From contig JAPLKZ010000010.1 in the NCBI GenBank assembly GCA_026387835.1, forward strand, positions 1 to 32,000: a stretch of 32,000 nt of DNA, in the 5' to 3' direction. This document shows, one piece after another, positions 30,162 through 32,000 of the stretch. How positions within the stretch are numbered: the stretch's first letter is position 1; each line of letters begins with the position of its first letter. The position numbers and the translations under genes were made by a program. Under the pieces are notes generated by a model. It saw nothing but the letters and a program-made list of their open reading frames with translations, did not search any database and had not been told where the DNA came from. The DNA comes from Candidatus Saganbacteria bacterium. GTDB lineage: Bacteria; Margulisbacteria; WOR-1; JAKLHX01.

Positions 30162-30725
30162 ATGGAACTGATCGGTTTGACGGGACTTAATGCCTCCGGA
30201 AAAGGCACGATCGCGGACTTTTTGAAGGAAAAGGGTTTCGTTTATTATTCACTTTCGGATATAGTGCGTGAAGAAGCTACGGCCCTCGGCATGGATCATT
30301 CCAGGGAAAGTCTGATTTTTGCGGGCAATAAACTGAGAAAAGACTTCGGGCCTTCCGTACTTGCAAAAAAGATCGCGGAAAAGCTCCGGCAGGCAAATAC
30401 TTCAAAGGCCGTGATCGACAGTATCAGGAACCTTGCCGAGATCGCGGAACTAAGAAAACTGCCGGGTTTTGTCCTTATCGCCGCTGACGCGCCGCCGGAA
30501 GTCCGTTTTGAACGGGCAAGATCGCGAGGCCGCATTGGGTTTGAGAGGACGCTCGAGGATTTTATCGCCGTGGAACAAAAGGAAAATACATCGGATCCTG
30601 ACAGGCAGCAGCTTGCGGCCTGCCTGAAAGCCGCGGATATCACTGTCAGTAATGAGGGGACCGTAGAGGAATTGAAGATTAAGTTGGGAAAATTACTAAT
30701 GACTAATTATGGAATAATATTATAA
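30162..30725 (+). CDS. P-loop nucleotide kinase-like protein (dephospho-CoA-kinase-like / UPF0200-like)
   Basis: Walker A GLTGLNASGKGT; YYSLSDIVREEA; VIDSIRNLAEIAELR; RFERARSRGRIGFERTLEDFIAVEQKE; ADITVSNEGTVEEL. Confidence 0.7.
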   Translation: MELIGLTGLNASGKGTIADFLKEKGFVYYSLSDIVREEATALGMDHSRESLIFAGNKLRKDFGPSVLAKKIAEKLRQANTSKAVIDSIRNLAEIAELRKLPGFVLIAADAPPEVRFERARSRGRIGFERTLEDFIAVEQKENTSDPDRQQLAACLKAADITVSNEGTVEELKIKLGKLLMTNYGIIL

Positions 30726-30759
30726 TCCTTCCTTCATTAGACATTAGTCATTAGTAATT
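30691..30759. repeat. 17-bp perfect inverted repeat between convergent genes, arms built from 7-bp ATTAGTC/ATTAGTA units
   Basis: aattactaatgactaat (30691-30707) and attagtcattagtaatt (30743-30759), 35-nt spacer; the right side continues as tandem ATTAGAC-ATTAGTC-ATTAGTA-ATTAGTC-AT (30736-30765). Confidence 0.75.
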
Positions 30760-30771
30760 AGTCATTTCCCC

Positions 30772-31635
30772 TTATCTCCCGTAAATGACCCTTTCTATCT
30801 CTTTTCTCATGCCCTCCTCGTCCGAAAGCATATAATATCCCCTTTCAAGCCTTGCATCGCCGCCCGGGATCACGCCTGTAACAACCGTCCCTGTACGGTA
30901 TATCGAAGATATTTTCAGGGCGATCCTTGCAGCCTGTGATATTCCCATGTTCGTTCTCACGTTCGAGGACATCGTATATAATATGTAAGGGAACCTGATG
31001 AGGTTTGAAGGCCTCATCAGCTCTTTTGCCAAAGCCTCAAAAAACTTGTGCTGCCTGTCTATCCTTCCCCAGTCGCTTGTCCTGTCATGCCTGAACCTTA
31101 CATACCCCATCGTTTCGTAACCGGAAAGCCTTTGCCTGCCCTGCGACAGATGAATATGCAGGTCAGCCGCATAGTCGTCATAATATAAAGGTTTTTCGAC
31201 ATCAAGAGTCACACCGCCGATCCTGTCAACAAGGTCCACGAACATGGGGAAGTTCACTTCAATATAATAATATACAGGGATCTTAAGAAAATTAGAGACC
31301 GTGGCGCAAGAAAGCTCCGGGCCTCCGTAAGTGTGAGCGTGGTTTATCTTATCCTGTCCGTGGCCCGGTATATCCACCAACGTATCTCTCGGTATTGAAA
31401 GGATGCCCATCCTGCTGCGCGCGAAGTCGATGTGCACCAGGTTTATCGAGTCTGAACGCGTCTTCAATCCTTCCTTTGTGTCTATGCCCATCACCAGCAC
31501 GTTTATCTGGTCATTCTCTTTTATCAGCCCTCTTTTTATCCCGATAAAAAGACCTGTCGCGATAATAAGCGACATCAGGGATATGAGAACTATTTTTGAC
31601 GGGTTTTGAATGTTCGTCAGCCTTCGACCAGCCAC
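30772..31635 (-). CDS. LytR-CpsA-Psr (LCP) family protein
   Basis: N-terminal TM segment; INVLVMGIDTKEGLKTRSDSINLVHIDFARSRMGILSIPRDTLVDIPGHGQDKINHAHTYGG; GYVRFRHDRTSDWGRIDRQHKFF. Apparent GTG start. Confidence 0.93.
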   Translation of the reverse strand: MAGRRLTNIQNPSKIVLISLMSLIIATGLFIGIKRGLIKENDQINVLVMGIDTKEGLKTRSDSINLVHIDFARSRMGILSIPRDTLVDIPGHGQDKINHAHTYGGPELSCATVSNFLKIPVYYYIEVNFPMFVDLVDRIGGVTLDVEKPLYYDDYAADLHIHLSQGRQRLSGYETMGYVRFRHDRTSDWGRIDRQHKFFEALAKELMRPSNLIRFPYILYTMSSNVRTNMGISQAARIALKISSIYRTGTVVTGVIPGGDARLERGYYMLSDEEGMRKEIERVIYGR

Positions 31636-32000
31636 TTTTCCTCTTTATGGAACCACTGCGCCGGATCGTTCAGATACAGATACGTATCCTGAAGGATGTC
31701 GAAATGGGAATTTTCCTCTTTTGAAAGAAAAGCAAAAAGGCTTTTCGCGGCCGGATCTTCCGTATCCTCCGCCACTTTCTTGTAAAAATCAAACCCTTTC
31801 TTTTCCAGTTCCATGGATATCTCGTAAGCGTGCAGGAGCTCATTCTCCGTCGGGGCCTTATTATCAAGAGAGGTTTTGATATCGTTCAGGATCTCCGTCT
31901 TTATCTTTTCGCTGTCTTTTGTAGTGTTTTCGTCTGCCGGGGAAATTTGAGCGCCGGTCATTTTCGCGTAAAACTCCTCGATTGCTTTTTTGTGGAGCAG
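31617..32000 (-). CDS. Ferritin-like / rubrerythrin-family protein, N-terminus beyond the window
   Basis: ELLHAYEISMELEKKGFDFYKKVAEDTEDPAAKSLFAFLSKEENSHFDILQDTYLYLNDPAQWF. The reading frame stays open upstream of the track Met (LLHKKAIEEFYAKMTGAQ...) to the window edge, so 31961 is probably not the real start. Confidence 0.75.
   Translation of the reverse strand: MLHKKAIEEFYAKMTGAQISPADENTTKDSEKIKTEILNDIKTSLDNKAPTENELLHAYEISMELEKKGFDFYKKVAEDTEDPAAKSLFAFLSKEENSHFDILQDTYLYLNDPAQWFHKEEKWLVEG

Overview
Almost the whole window is one dense, co-directional (minus-strand) ribosomal protein / transcription / translation gene cluster from an uncultured bacterium. Reading in the direction of transcription, right to left: rpmG - tRNA-Trp(CCA) - secE - nusG - rplK - rplA - rplJ - rplL - rpoB - rpoC - rpsL - rpsG - fusA - rpsJ - rplC - rplD - rplW - rplB - rpsS - rplV - rpsC - rplP - rpmC - rpsQ - rplN - rplX - rplE - rpsN - rpsH - rplF - rplR - rpsE - rplO - secY - adk - map - infA - rpmJ - rpsM - rpsK - rpsD - rpoA - rplQ - rplM - rpsI. 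To the right lie a plus-strand P-loop nucleotide-kinase-like gene, a LytR-CpsA-Psr gene and a truncated ferritin-like gene. To the left lie a decayed ORF6N-domain fragment and a truncated SUMF1/formylglycine-generating-enzyme-like CDS that the supplied ORF track misses. I see no convincing defence, CRISPR or retroelement system. The most unusual items are: short arrays with a 7-bp period (consensus about AYNAGTC) at two intergenic sites, one forming a 17-bp inverted repeat; a Glu-rich ~107-aa N-terminal extension on NusG; the absence of rpmD and tuf from their usual slots; a structured leader and face-to-face promoters sharing a -35 at the head of the operon; and loss of the usual spacing for L10-leader and rplL-rpoB regulation. 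Coordinates of CDSs follow the ORF track, with start sites refined where the sequence supports it. Motif coordinates were counted by hand and may be off by 1-2 bp.
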